64,000 nucleotides of DNA from a virus, in the IMG/VR virus record IMGVR_UViG_3300021399_000004, positions 1 to 64,000 of that record. The stretch is one strand, 5' to 3'. Each line of letters starts with the position of its first letter. Position 1 is the first letter of the stretch. This document shows, piece after piece, positions 30,219 through 40,618 of this stretch. The position numbers and the translations under genes were made by a program. The notes under the pieces are model-generated. The model worked only from the letters and a program-made list of their open reading frames with translations. It made no database searches and was not told where the DNA came from.

Positions 30219-31481
30219 TTAATTATTATATTTTTTTTCTTGTAAAATAAGATTTAATATGATACCAATAATCATAGCTAGTGCTGTTGTCCCAATACTG
30301 ACAATTCCAAAGTCACAAACAGCGCCAGAAACACCTAATGTTAGCACTGTTGCTATAATAATAATATTCTTATTATCCTCAAGATCCACTTGATTCTTAA
30401 TGGTGCGAATACCGCTTAGAGTAATATATCCGTAGAGGATGGTCGCGCATCCGCCTAAAATAAATGAAGGCATAGAGACTAGGATAGCCTGAAGCGGCCC
30501 GAAAATAGAAGCAATTCCCATAATAACTGCGGCAAGAGTAATTACATACTTAGAACAAACCTTGCTAAAGCCGGTCGTTCCTACGCTTTCGCCATAGGAA
30601 GTATTGGGAATATTGGATAGAAAAATTCCTGCCGCGGAGGCAAGCCCGTCACCAATTAGAGTGGAGCCTAAACCAGGTGTATGTGTAAGATCTGTATTGA
30701 TAACAGCACTCAAAGCCTTGTGGTCTGAAATATGTTCTGCGATACAAACAAAGCTAAGAGGTACAAAGAGTAGCAAAATCTGCGGCAGCAAGCCCCAATT
30801 AAAGTTAGCAAAATCATAATGTAAGAATGCGAAATCAGGAATCTAAATAATATGCATATCATTAAATGCTGCAAAATTCACTAGTGGAACGCCGAAAACT
30901 GTTAGGATACAAGAAATGCCATATACAATAAGCATAGATACTAGGAAAGGTAAGTTCCGTATAAATCCTTTACCATAGTGTGAAATACATGCGGCAATAA
31001 CCATAGTAAGAACACCCATACCAAAACCAAGTAGGCTGTACTGACCATTTACTTGGAAATAAGTTGGTAAGTATGTAGCCAAATTCAAACCAATAACTGC
31101 TACAACTGGGCCTATGACCGCCGCAGGCAGAAGTTTATCAAGCCAAGTAGTGCCGCTGCGTTTAATAAGCAAGCCAACGCCGCAATAAATTAGTGCAATA
31201 ATAATACCACCAATTGCAACTGCTGGATAGCCACCAAGCCCTATTCCGCCAATTACTGCGGCCACGAACGCACCAGATGAACTGATAAACATAGGGCTCT
31301 ATCCTTTTGTACAGAGCTGATAAATTAATGTTCCGACACAAGCTCCTAACATTGCTGGAGCGATAGGAACATTACAAATCTATGGAATTAAAACTGTGGC
31401 TACAAAGCAAGCCATGACTTGCTATAGAGCGCATGTAATTAGTCGCTTAAGCGGCATTTTGTCATTTATATTATATAACAT
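30219..31481 (-). CDS. NCS2-family nucleobase (uracil/xanthine-type) permease (4 in-frame TAG)
   Basis: Track fragments 30219..30791 and 30843..31292 plus an N-terminal extension form a 420-aa polytopic protein that aligns along UraA. Matching segments: AL-TAG-QVMACFVATVLIP, SSSGAF, IAEHISDHKA and NTSYGESVGTTGFSKV. Confidence 0.75.
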
Positions 31482-31493
31482 ACACAAAACTCC

Positions 31494-32000
31494 TTATAGT
31501 TCATCTTCAATGTCTATTTTATTAAAATTTAAATCATCTAAATTAGGGTTATATATAATTATATATTGCGACGGCCCGTCAAATAAACTGCCTTTTATAA
31601 TAAGATTCTCATCTAACCATTGAAAACTGGTTGGACAGAAGCCATCGCCCCATTCATATGCTTCATCATCTGGATATACATAATCTTTAAATTGATTTTT
31701 AGTTATATTATAAATAGATATACATTGATATGAACCTGATGTAATAATAAATTTTTGGTTATTCTGTTCCACGTAAACTGGCTGTGGAATCAAAGAATAA
31801 TTTCTATTATATGTAAATAAAATTTGTTTATTAATTTTATCATAAATAGAAACTTGAAACTTGTCCCAATACTTCATTATATTATGATATGGCGCCTTAT
31901 AGCGAGTAGCCATTAATACATAATCATTTGTATTTATGATTGGGATTTCTTCTGTTTTATATTTTTGATAATAATTTTCAATTTGAGTCGGGTGATTCAT
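31494..32000 (-). CDS. hypothetical protein
   Basis: 168-aa track ORF. Confidence 0.5.
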   Translation of the reverse strand: MNHPTQIENYYQKYKTEEIPIINTNDYVLMATRYKAPYHNIMKYWDKFQVSIYDKINKQILFTYNRNYSLIPQPVYVEQNNQKFIITSGSYQCISIYNITKNQFKDYVYPDDEAYEWGDGFCPTSFQWLDENLIIKGSLFDGPSQYIIIYNPNLDDLNFNKIDIEDEL

Positions 32001-32126
32001 TTTAATTACTCCTTTAAATTACCCTTCTTCATTACCATACAAATCTTTTAATATTGGTATAATTTCATCGAATGAATTATGTAGCATATGATCTTCCGTT
32101 GCGTATAAAACCATCCCATATAACAT

Positions 32127-32669
32127 CTAATTAATGCTAAAACTGCGGCGCCAATCCTTTTCATTTAAATGGTTAGTGCGAATATCAAAGTAATGGGCAA
32201 AATTTTTCTTTTCTGCTTGCGTCTGTACTAAGCTCAGAACTTCTCGGAAAATAGAATTTGCAATTATGTCTGCTTTTTCTTCTGGGCTAATTGACTTATC
32301 ATTTAATCTTTCTTTTTCTTTCTTGCTTGTTTCTTCTATTAAAGTTAAAATTTTATCTGCCATATACTTCCATCCATACAGCACTCCCATCTCGCACATA
32401 GTGCCAATGGCGCTCTGCTCTGGACATAACACAGTATAATCACTATTCCAAAGCCGTTCAATATCTGCTTCGCAGATTTTTTCTGCAAGGTGATTATTCT
32501 CTTCTTCTGTCATATTAGATTTATCATTAATGGACTTATTTTGTACTGGGCTGTATACTTCTCCAGGGATACATGCTTCTTTAAATTTATCATATTCTTC
32601 TTGGCGCGCGAGGTTAGATCCATGTGTCATAATATCGCCGCCGAGGTATCCTAATGGCTGTTTAGACAT
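32127..32669 (-). CDS. nucleoside 2-deoxyribosyltransferase-like protein
   Basis: 180 aa. N-terminal YLGGDIMTHGS and mid-protein GTMCEMGVLYG loosely resemble the NDT fold signature. This is a weak call. Confidence 0.35.
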   Translation of the reverse strand: MSKQPLGYLGGDIMTHGSNLARQEEYDKFKEACIPGEVYSPVQNKSINDKSNMTEEENNHLAEKICEADIERLWNSDYTVLCPEQSAIGTMCEMGVLYGWKYMADKILTLIEETSKKEKERLNDKSISPEEKADIIANSIFREVLSLVQTQAEKKNFAHYFDIRTNHLNEKDWRRSFSIN

Positions 32670-32984
32670 TTATTTTCCTCCAAATTTGTTTTGTTCATAA
32701 TAATGCCAAGCATCATCATCCCATAATTTTTTAATATTTAAATTTTTATCGCAAAAATTTTGAATAATATTATTAATGATTGTATACATATCAGATGCTC
32801 TCATACGCCAATTTTCTTTAGTAAATTCGCCACCATTGGCCTTCAAAGCATTTATATAATACTCTTCACTCCAAATTAATTTATCAGCCATATAAGTCAT
32901 TCCTTCAACTATTCCTTGCTCATATTTCCCGCATGCTGTCTCTGGATTGTTATATAGCCGTTCAAATATATCAAAGTGACTCAT
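32670..32984 (-). CDS. hypothetical protein
   Basis: 104-aa track ORF. Confidence 0.45.
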   Translation of the reverse strand: MSHFDIFERLYNNPETACGKYEQGIVEGMTYMADKLIWSEEYYINALKANGGEFTKENWRMRASDMYTIINNIIQNFCDKNLNIKKLWDDDAWHYYEQNKFGGK

Positions 32985-33147
32985 TCTTATTCTCCTTATG
33001 CGTCAAGTCCCAAAGAATATCATACATTTCTTGCTTAAAGCCTTCTGGTTGCTGCTCAACTGGCAGCATCCACCAAGCCAAACCTGCATCCGGATGACGA
33101 TTAAAATACTCATCAATCATTTCATCATAAATTGTACGCTTAGGCAT
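32971..33147 (-). CDS. hypothetical protein (start trimmed)
   Basis: Track ORF 32971..33264 overlaps the methylase by about 100 nt. The internal ATG at 33147 has a strong AAGGAG SD just after the methylase stop. Confidence 0.4.
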   Translation of the reverse strand: MPKRTIYDEMIDEYFNRHPDAGLAWWMLPVEQQPEGFKQEMYDILWDLTHKENKNESL

Positions 33148-33160
33148 ATAATCACTCCTT

Positions 33161-33694
33161 TTAACACCAATTGATTCCTTCAACTTCATTGCCCCATACG
33201 TCCCAGCCTTCATGGTAACTTCGCGCGAAAAGCTCAATTCTTGGGGCATAACTAACTCGTTCAATCATTTGCCGCATAGTTTCTGGCTTTGTGCTATGGT
33301 CTCTTTTTTCTTCAAAAAATCCGGTTACTCCTTGACAGCGCTTACCATTTTCATCTACCTTATAAGGAAGAACTTTTTTAGTGCGAGCAAATAAACAATG
33401 CTCGGTTAATCCTCTATAATATTGACCTAAGCCTTGCTTTTCTTTCATCCACGTAATCATAGTAACATACTGGAAACCCCACGCTTTAATTACTTGGAGT
33501 GCATCGGGCAAAAAATTATTTGTTGTCCATAAATATAAATGGCATCCTTCTTCTGGATTATAAAGTGTTTGGACAGGTAAAGCACAAATATCTTTGGTTG
33601 TCATTAATGGATAATGCGCATCGGCGCCACGTTTAATTTGGCCGCCACCTTTTTCCATCCAAGGTGGATCTGCGTAAATTGTTTTATAAAACAT
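33161..33694 (-). CDS. MT-A70-family N6-adenine DNA methyltransferase
   Basis: 177 aa with the N-terminal IYADPPW catalytic motif. Confidence 0.8.
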   Translation of the reverse strand: MFYKTIYADPPWMEKGGGQIKRGADAHYPLMTTKDICALPVQTLYNPEEGCHLYLWTTNNFLPDALQVIKAWGFQYVTMITWMKEKQGLGQYYRGLTEHCLFARTKKVLPYKVDENGKRCQGVTGFFEEKRDHSTKPETMRQMIERVSYAPRIELFARSYHEGWDVWGNEVEGINWC

Positions 33695-33705
33695 TTTAAT
33701 CTCCT

Positions 33706-34008
33706 TTAATCTAGCGTAGATAGATAATAATGAATTGCTTCTTTGTCATCCTTCTCTTCGAGATAATTTAAGACTCTTTCGTCATACTTATAATATAATT
33801 CACTATAAAGACTCGCCAGATTATCCTCATGCTGCTCATACCAATACCAGCATTTGTGATTTAAAACCATAATTAGCTCAGTAAGATATGCAATATTATC
33901 TCTCCATGCATAAAATGCGCGGAAGGCAGTATCATTAATTGCATCAAGCCCAAACTTTTCTGCGATAGAAAAATCATCCCAAAAAGTTGTAATGTATTTA
34001 TAATCCAT
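33706..34008 (-). CDS. hypothetical protein
   Basis: 100-aa track ORF behind a consensus promoter. Confidence 0.45.
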   Translation of the reverse strand: MDYKYITTFWDDFSIAEKFGLDAINDTAFRAFYAWRDNIAYLTELIMVLNHKCWYWYEQHEDNLASLYSELYYKYDERVLNYLEEKDDKEAIHYYLSTLD

Positions 34009-34031
34009 ACTTTTGCTCCTTTTTTTCTTTT

Positions 34032-34060
34032 ATTATATCATGAGTTTAGAAAAAAGTCAA
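34032..34060 (-). promoter_or_regulatory. promoter TTGACT-N17-TATAAT
   Basis: attata at 34032-34037, agtcaa at 34055-34060. Confidence 0.7.
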
Positions 34061-34120
34061 ATAAATAAAAATACTTTTGACACATAGATATTATATCAAC
34101 GAGAGCACCCTATTGAATAT

Positions 34121-35107
34121 TTAATCACCTTTTTGATATATATAAATTAACTCAGAATTATCATTTTCGTCACCATTTCTTTTAGTGCGATTGCGTTGCG
34201 TTAATAATTCTGTCCCAATAAAATGAAATCCATTATTTTCAATAATTTCTTTTGTATCCGTTGCTATGCTATATTCTTTTAAATTTTTTATATTAATAGC
34301 AAAATATCCATGCGTAATTAAATATTTATATATATTTTTAATTGTCGGACTCATATATGAAGTTAGCCACTCATTATAAGTCATTCCATCTTTATATGAT
34401 TGATTACCAATTTTATAATTTTCTAAGTTAAAATACGGAGGGGAGCTAAAAGCTAGTCCCATTTTATTTTCCCATTCTGGAATAAACTCTTCACTACCAT
34501 GAGCTCGTATATCTACTTCTGATTTATTATTAATAATAGTTTTCCAATCATTTGTTAATTCATTTAATTTATTAACTAATAAATAATTTGGTTCTGTACC
34601 ATAATAATTAATATTTTTTCGAAGCGCACTCATTAAGCGCACTCCCCAACCACAACTAAAGTCATAATAATTATTATTTATATTATATTTTGATAATATA
34701 TTATTAGAGGCTTTGATGGGAAACTGAGTTGGAAATTGAGCATAAGATTTACCACCAAGTCTAAGTGCAGTCTCAATATTAATGATTAACGGATTTTCTG
34801 GTGGATAAAAGCTTGTATTGCTTAAAACTTTAGATTTAAATATACCTAATAATTCTTTTGACTCCAATACTTCAGCTAATGACCATCGAGCCTCTGAGGA
34901 CTAAACCTAAGCCATTAATTCTTTAAAATAATACTAATTAATTTTATTACATCTTACACCAGTACCTGCAATCTTTTTCATCTATTCATATACTTCTTTT
35001 AATGCGGGCTTTGCATAACATTCTGCCTATATCTATTGACGTTCCTCTTCAGAAATTGGCATAGTATGTTTTGTTTCAATAGTTTTACCTTTATATGATA
35101 CTTTCAT
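34121..35107 (-). CDS. DNA methyltransferase (SPPY type, N4-C or N6-A; 5 in-frame TAG)
   Basis: The track ORF starts at a TTG that is internal. Readthrough of 5 TAGs reaches the ATG at 35107. Catalytic motif is LAFSSPPYFN, with the SAM-site-like FSCGWG. Confidence 0.7.
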
Positions 35108-35135
35108 ATTATACCCCCATTTTTATTTCTATTTT

Positions 35136-35164
35136 ATTATAACATAAAAATCTAAAAAAGTCAA
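35136..35164 (-). promoter_or_regulatory. promoter TTGACT-N17-TATAAT
   Basis: attata at 35136-35141, agtcaa at 35159-35164. Follows terminator 35166-35196. Confidence 0.7.
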
Positions 35165-35165
35165 A

Positions 35166-35196
35166 TAAAAAAAGAGGGACGCCATCGGCGTCCCCC
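35166..35196 (-). terminator. intrinsic terminator
   Basis: GGGACGCC-GAUG-GGCGUCCC followed by UCUUUUUUUAUUU. Lies 4 nt after the PhoH-like stop. Confidence 0.8.
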
Positions 35197-35199
35197 GAG

Positions 35200-36441
35200 T
35201 TAAATTGGAGGCCTCATTAAATCACACATTTGTGCAACGCTTCCTCGCTCAGATTTTAATAATTTAACCGCTCCAAATAATGGCTGTCCAGAAAGGTGCT
35301 GCAACATAGATTTTATACCGTTATTTTTTTCAAAACGGTGATTATCAATCTAAGCAACGTCTCCGCAAAAAATTAATTCACTACTTTCTTCAATACGACT
35401 CATTAACAATGTTACTAATTTATCATTCATATTTTCACATTCATCACAAATTACTATTGTGTTTTTAATGGATCTTCCACGAATGTGTGACAGAGGGAAG
35501 ATTTCAATAATTCCATCAAGAATTAATTGATTAAGCATGTCTTGCCCACCTAAATGATCTGCGATAGGCCCTCCCCAGATAGACATTTTATCTGTTATAT
35601 TACCTGGTAGATAACCTATATCATTTGTATCGGCAACAATAATATTATTACGCACAAATAATAATTTTGCGAAGCGTCCTTTATAAACCTATTCAAGAGC
35701 ATATGTTAAAGCCATTAGAGTTTTTCCGCCGCCCCAAGCGGAAGTTAATAATTTTACTTTGACATCTTGATTTTGTAATAAATCAAAAGCCATTTTCTAT
35801 TCAATATTCCTAGGACGTAAAACCTCATCAAGATAAGGATTTTTTATTTCTTTATATCTTAAATTACGATATTCTTTCCCGTTCCAGACCAATATGTCTT
35901 TTAAATTGTTATCAACAAAAATTTCTGCAAATTCATTTACCTTGCAATTTAAAATATTCATTTTTTTATCACTGTATAACATATTTAGTTGATCTTCAGT
36001 GGGATAATGTTTACTCCAGCCGCAATATTCTTCTTTTTCCTATTCTTCCTAATCTCCGAAGAAGTCTGCTGTAATATGAGACATTTGTGTTGCGAAAAGA
36101 TATTGTGCGCCATCACTGGTTATAAAATGTACTGATTCACAACTATTGCGGCCGAGCCATTCTGCTTCTGCCAATATTAAATGATCATTAGTTTCAGTAA
36201 GGAAATCATATTTTTCAATAATCTTTTTTAAGGCTTTCTATGAAACATGCTGATACATTATATCTTGTTTATTAATAATTTCCCGCACTGCTACACGCGC
36301 CTAATATTTAATTTGTTCATTTTTATTAGACTGCTTAATGTTCTCTAATTCAGTAAGAACTAAGGGGCTTACATAAACAGTACCATATTTATGCAAGCCC
36401 CCATTTAGTATAGCAGAAGTATCTAAAAAATGGATCACCAT
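35200..36441 (-). CDS. PIN-domain plus PhoH-like ATPase (YlaK/PhoH2 type; 7 in-frame TAG)
   Basis: Track fragments 35350..35655 and 35797..35982 lie in one frame from the ATG at 36441 to the TAA at 35200. N-terminal PIN-like FLDTSAIL...LTELENIK, Walker A SAWGGGKT, DECEN, and GDVA-TAG-IDNH matching the family GDxxQID motif. Confidence 0.75.
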
Positions 36442-37067
36442 TATTCATCACTTCCAATAATTTTATCAATTAGATTATATTCCTTCATTTCTTCAGCGGT
36501 CAAAAACCATTGATGACGTGTCTTTGAATCAAATTGCTCTGCGGTGATATTAGTATTGTCTAAAATAAATTGACGAATCCTTTCATCAACATGCTCATTA
36601 AAAGCCATAATATCAGAGGCAGTCTTTGATTCGCTAGCAGTTAATGCTACATATCCATCATGGATTAAACCGTAAGTGCTTGGATAGCAATAACGAGTAA
36701 CGTTATCGTTATGCCCGCCGGCCGCCAAAAGAACCGTGGCCATTGAAGCTGCGTAGCCGGCAACAATTATATTCAGCGGCTTCCGATATTGGCTAATGTA
36801 ATTCGCCAAATAGAAGCTATCAGAAACTGAACCACCAGGAGAATTTAAGATTAGTGTAACTGGCTGTGAATCACTATCCTCTTCAAAATCCTTAAGAGGT
36901 AGATACACCGCCTCAAAAATGTCCTCTTCAATTTCCTTATTAAAGATTACAGTTCTCTTATCAAAGAGCTGATGAAAATACTGATATGTTGCAGGGTCTA
37001 CAACGGGACCGCTTAAGAAGGAAAAAATTTCAGGTAATTCTAACATTTTGCCTCCTCGTTGCTTCAA
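36441..37067 (-). CDS. clpP: ClpP-family serine protease
   Basis: 208 aa with no TAG. Contains LNSPGGSV, GYAASMATVLLAAG and GLIHDG. Confidence 0.8.
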   Translation of the reverse strand: MKQRGGKMLELPEIFSFLSGPVVDPATYQYFHQLFDKRTVIFNKEIEEDIFEAVYLPLKDFEEDSDSQPVTLILNSPGGSVSDSFYLANYISQYRKPLNIIVAGYAASMATVLLAAGGHNDNVTRYCYPSTYGLIHDGYVALTASESKTASDIMAFNEHVDERIRQFILDNTNITAEQFDSKTRHQWFLTAEEMKEYNLIDKIIGSDE

Positions 37068-37076
37068 GGAAGCAAC

Positions 37077-38270
37077 TTAATTATTCTTTAGAATTTTATT
37101 TAAAGTACAATCTTCTGGATCAATATCTTCCAATCGAATACTATGCAAATATGGATGTCTAACGCTAATTTCAGTTTTTGCATCACTTAACATCATGCCA
37201 CCAATAGTTACTGGACACATATAATATTTTTCAAAATTATCCCGAAGCTCTGTTTTAAAATCATCTGTTAGTCCAGCAACTTTACATAGCTCAATAATTT
37301 CATGGTTATCATTATAAACGCCGACATAAATTGCGCCTGGCAGGTTATAAAAATAACCCTTACTAACTGGGATTACATTCTTCCCTACTTGGTAGTCTCC
37401 AAAGTAATCTCCAAAAAGTTTTTCACCAGTGCGCATATCCTCCCAGAATTGCCAAGTGCCAGGCTCTTTGCCAGTATAAGCCTTTGCGGCAGGCTCAGTA
37501 CGAAGGATAAAACAATCAATTAAATTTTCTAGTTCGCGTTTAACCTTTAAAGTTTTATGCGCAGTACGCTTATCAGGCTCAGGTTTTCCTTGCTCATTAT
37601 AACATACTACGCCTTCGCCGCCACTTGCAAAAATATCAGAGAGATAGTTGTAAAAATTATTGTCCATCTTATGGTACGGCGCACAACTTACAAGAGGATG
37701 GTTAATTCTTTCAACCGCTCGCTTTACATATTCTTGACGTTCAATCCATGGAGTTTGCATTAAATCTTCACCGTCATAGTACCAAACATCGAAAATATAC
37801 CATCTGAGTTTCTGACCTCTAAATTCATTATTCTCAATGTCACGCTTATCTTTAGCAGTGAATTTTACTTTAGATTGAATTTTATGGTAATATTCATCAT
37901 CTTGAATACTTAGCGATTTTTCAGCTCCTGCGCGCAAAATCGAACCAATGTTGCGGTCAATCGCGCCTTCAAGCCAAATCTCTCCCATAATGCGGGTGGG
38001 CTTATCAAAAGCCTTTGCTACGGCATCAAAGAAAAATAATTTATCTTCTAATCGCCCGTATTCTCCAGTAACTTTAGATACACCACGGCTGATTAATCGT
38101 TTATCGCCATCAAAATCACAAATGAAAGCAGAATAATTACCATCAATTTTCCTTTGAAAAGAATAATTACCACTAATAATCATCTTTTCAATTTCACTCT
38201 TTTGTCTTTCTTTTGAGTATGAAGCTGGGAAAGACCAATATTTTTCAGGAGATAACTCTCTTAGTAACAT
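37077..38270 (-). CDS. ATP-dependent DNA ligase
   Basis: 397 aa with no TAG. Nucleotidyltransferase motif I QRKIDGNY and motif GGEGVVC. Confidence 0.8.
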   Translation of the reverse strand: MLLRELSPEKYWSFPASYSKERQKSEIEKMIISGNYSFQRKIDGNYSAFICDFDGDKRLISRGVSKVTGEYGRLEDKLFFFDAVAKAFDKPTRIMGEIWLEGAIDRNIGSILRAGAEKSLSIQDDEYYHKIQSKVKFTAKDKRDIENNEFRGQKLRWYIFDVWYYDGEDLMQTPWIERQEYVKRAVERINHPLVSCAPYHKMDNNFYNYLSDIFASGGEGVVCYNEQGKPEPDKRTAHKTLKVKRELENLIDCFILRTEPAAKAYTGKEPGTWQFWEDMRTGEKLFGDYFGDYQVGKNVIPVSKGYFYNLPGAIYVGVYNDNHEIIELCKVAGLTDDFKTELRDNFEKYYMCPVTIGGMMLSDAKTEISVRHPYLHSIRLEDIDPEDCTLNKILKNN

Positions 38271-38833
38271 TCACCAAGGCCCTCCATTTCCTTAATTAAG
38301 TTGGCCGCCTTCTCTTCTAATTCCAGCAAGCCCTTATCATTTTTAATTTTATAATTAAAATATTTATAATTATCCAAAGACGTCTCGCTTGGATGAGTTG
38401 CTTGTTCTGAATTTAAGGCAGGGTTTAGCCAAGGATAACCATTTTCATAACGGTCAATCCTTATACTTATTGCGCCAGGGTTACGAAAACATACTCCTGT
38501 AATTTCATTTTCAAATCTCGCATCAGGGATTAATACATAATCAAATTCTTTGCATTCTCCCATAACAGCGATAAACCTACTAATTATGTCTACCCAATAA
38601 TTTTTATCATGCGCGCGCACTTGGTCTGTGCCAAGCTTTTGCAGAAGCGAGCGCCCGCTAATATCTTTAACTCCATTCCAATTGAAATAATCTCTTGCAA
38701 TCCACTTTACTGGGTCGGCGAAATGCGTGATGAGTACTTTTTTACCCATCTGCTCCAGTAGAATTTTCAGCATATTCGCAAAAGTATCTTTACCAGAGCC
38801 ACTTTTACCGCTGATCAGAATTACTTGCATCAT
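38261..38833 (-). CDS. deoxynucleoside monophosphate kinase-like P-loop protein
   Basis: 190 aa with the P-loop ISGKSGSGKDTFA. Confidence 0.55.
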   Translation of the reverse strand: MMQVILISGKSGSGKDTFANMLKILLEQMGKKVLITHFADPVKWIARDYFNWNGVKDISGRSLLQKLGTDQVRAHDKNYWVDIISRFIAVMGECKEFDYVLIPDARFENEITGVCFRNPGAISIRIDRYENGYPWLNPALNSEQATHPSETSLDNYKYFNYKIKNDKGLLELEEKAANLIKEMEGLGECY

Positions 38834-39026
38834 TCGCTAGAGCCTCCATTTTTGTCCTAAAAGCAAATTCATAAAATTCACTTTCTTCTTCAGTAGGAGC
38901 GTTCGCAATAATTTTACTTAGAAAAAAACTTGCTGACTCTACATCCATAGTCAAAGCAATATCAAAAGCTATATCTGCGACTTCTCTTGCTGTATCTGAT
39001 ATATTAGGAAATAATTCAATTGCCAT
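38805..39026 (-). CDS. hypothetical protein
   Basis: 73-aa track ORF. Confidence 0.4.
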   Translation of the reverse strand: MAIELFPNISDTAREVADIAFDIALTMDVESASFFLSKIIANAPTEEESEFYEFAFRTKMEALANDASNSDQR

Positions 39027-39336
39027 TTTTTTGACTCTCCTAAATTAAATCATTTATAATTTTAAAGAAAGCTTCAACCTCTTCTCTAGTTTGTAATTCA
39101 ATTTTACGCTTACGAGGAGGGGCTTTACGTTCATCGTCATCTGGCATAGTGATTACATAATATTTCATATCGCCAGTATTTATATCTTCTGTCTGCGCGC
39201 AAAGTAATGCGCCAGTTTTTATACTAATATATTTTAAAGTATTAAGTTTATCATCGGAATCTTTTTCTGTTAAATAGATGCCTGATTTAAACTAATCTTT
39301 AAAACCAACAAACTCATCACGAGTTACTTCATACAT
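39016..39336 (-). CDS. hypothetical protein (2 in-frame TAG)
   Basis: ATG at 39336 to TGA at 39016 is open if TAG is sense. If the TAG at 39040 terminates instead, the protein is 8 aa shorter. Confidence 0.3.
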
Positions 39337-39337
39337 T

Positions 39338-39853
39338 TCATCCATTGCCAGTACCTCGCCATTTAAATTTTAGTTCTTGGGAAGCATCCTGAGCGAGCGT
39401 ATCACAACGATTATTCCAATAGTTATCAGCATGGCCTTTTACTTTGCAAAAGTGATACCAATAATTATCAAAATAAGGAATGATTTCCATCCATAGGTCT
39501 TGATTGGCAACAGGTTGCTTTTTTGCATTTTCCCATCCATTTAGCTGCCAATTAATGTACCAATCTTGTTGATAGCAATTAATAGCATAGGCAGAATCAC
39601 TATAGATAATAACTTGTTCGTTCTGTCTACGATTTTCTTTTGCATACTCAAGAGCCTTAAGAATAGCCATCAATTCCATACGTTGGTTGGTGGTATCGTA
39701 CTCTCCGCCAGAAGCGTTATAAATCATGTTATCACCGCGAACTACGACAAAAGCCCAGCCACCAAACTTAGCTCCTGCGCCCGCAGTTTTAAGTGAACCG
39801 TCGGTGTAAATTTCTAAAGGGATAACATGAGTACGACTTCTACGCTCACTCAT
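39338..39853 (-). CDS. rnhA: ribonuclease HI
   Basis: 171 aa with no TAG. RNase H motifs YTDGS, TNQRMELMAILKALEYA, IYSDSAY and GHADNYWNNRCDTLA. Confidence 0.85.
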   Translation of the reverse strand: MSERRSRTHVIPLEIYTDGSLKTAGAGAKFGGWAFVVVRGDNMIYNASGGEYDTTNQRMELMAILKALEYAKENRRQNEQVIIYSDSAYAINCYQQDWYINWQLNGWENAKKQPVANQDLWMEIIPYFDNYWYHFCKVKGHADNYWNNRCDTLAQDASQELKFKWRGTGNG

Positions 39854-39881
39854 AAGATACTTCCTCCTTATCTTTTATTTA

Positions 39882-39910
39882 ATTATAATCCATTTTTTTA
39901 AAAAAGTCAA
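39882..39910 (-). promoter_or_regulatory. promoter TTGACT-N17-TATAAT (upstream of RNase H)
   Basis: attata at 39882-39887, agtcaa at 39905-39910. Confidence 0.7.
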
Positions 39911-39914
39911 ATAC

Positions 39915-40154
39915 TTATAGAGAATTTTCGTCATCTACTGGGGCCTGCTCTTCCTCAACTTTTACCTCAGGTAAGCCTGCGACAGAAGTTAGGATAGATA
40001 GTACGGCCGCTGTTGCGGATACAGATAGGACGGAAACCCAGTTGACTTCTAGAATACCAATTAGATCACCACTTAACATGCCTACTGCGGTTTGAGCAAA
40101 AGTTTTTAGCGCGCGAATGCCTGCGGCTGCGGCCCATTTCTTAAAGTTCGTCAT
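39915..40154 (-). CDS. holin-like membrane protein
   Basis: 79 aa. N-terminal AGIRALKTFAQTAVGML, two hydrophobic segments and an acidic tail resemble small Gram-positive phage holins. Confidence 0.55.
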   Translation of the reverse strand: MTNFKKWAAAAGIRALKTFAQTAVGMLSGDLIGILEVNWVSVLSVSATAAVLSILTSVAGLPEVKVEEEQAPVDDENSL

Positions 40155-40172
40155 AGTAATTACCTCCTTCTA

Positions 40173-40604
40173 TTATAGGAAATCATTTTTCTCTAAGCGT
40201 TCTGCGTATAGCTTAGATATGTATTCATATTCAGCATTAAATACACCGTTTGAATCATGGGTACGGTCAAGTAGGGAATGGTACTTATCATTTAATGCTA
40301 TAATATGATGATACTCGTCTTTGGTGTGTTTTCTGCCATTGCGGCAACTGTTTGCAAAATCTAATACTTCCCATCGAATGCGATCTTTTTCATTTTCTTC
40401 GGTTTGTTTGATAATATCGTTGACACTAGATTTAAGAATGCGAATTTCTTTTTCTAAGTCTTGATTAATTATTTTACCAAACCACCTAACGAAGGAAGTG
40501 ATTGGGTTCCATTTTATCGGCGTTATTTGGATAAAAATGGAACCGATAATGAATAACTGGATTATATTTTGAGAAATCCAAGTTATTATTTGTTCTGGTG
40601 TCAT
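40173..40604 (-). CDS. hypothetical membrane-anchored protein
   Basis: 143 aa with an N-terminal TM segment. Confidence 0.45.
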   Translation of the reverse strand: MTPEQIITWISQNIIQLFIIGSIFIQITPIKWNPITSFVRWFGKIINQDLEKEIRILKSSVNDIIKQTEENEKDRIRWEVLDFANSCRNGRKHTKDEYHHIIALNDKYHSLLDRTHDSNGVFNAEYEYISKLYAERLEKNDFL

Positions 40605-40618
40605 TTAGCCTTACCTCC

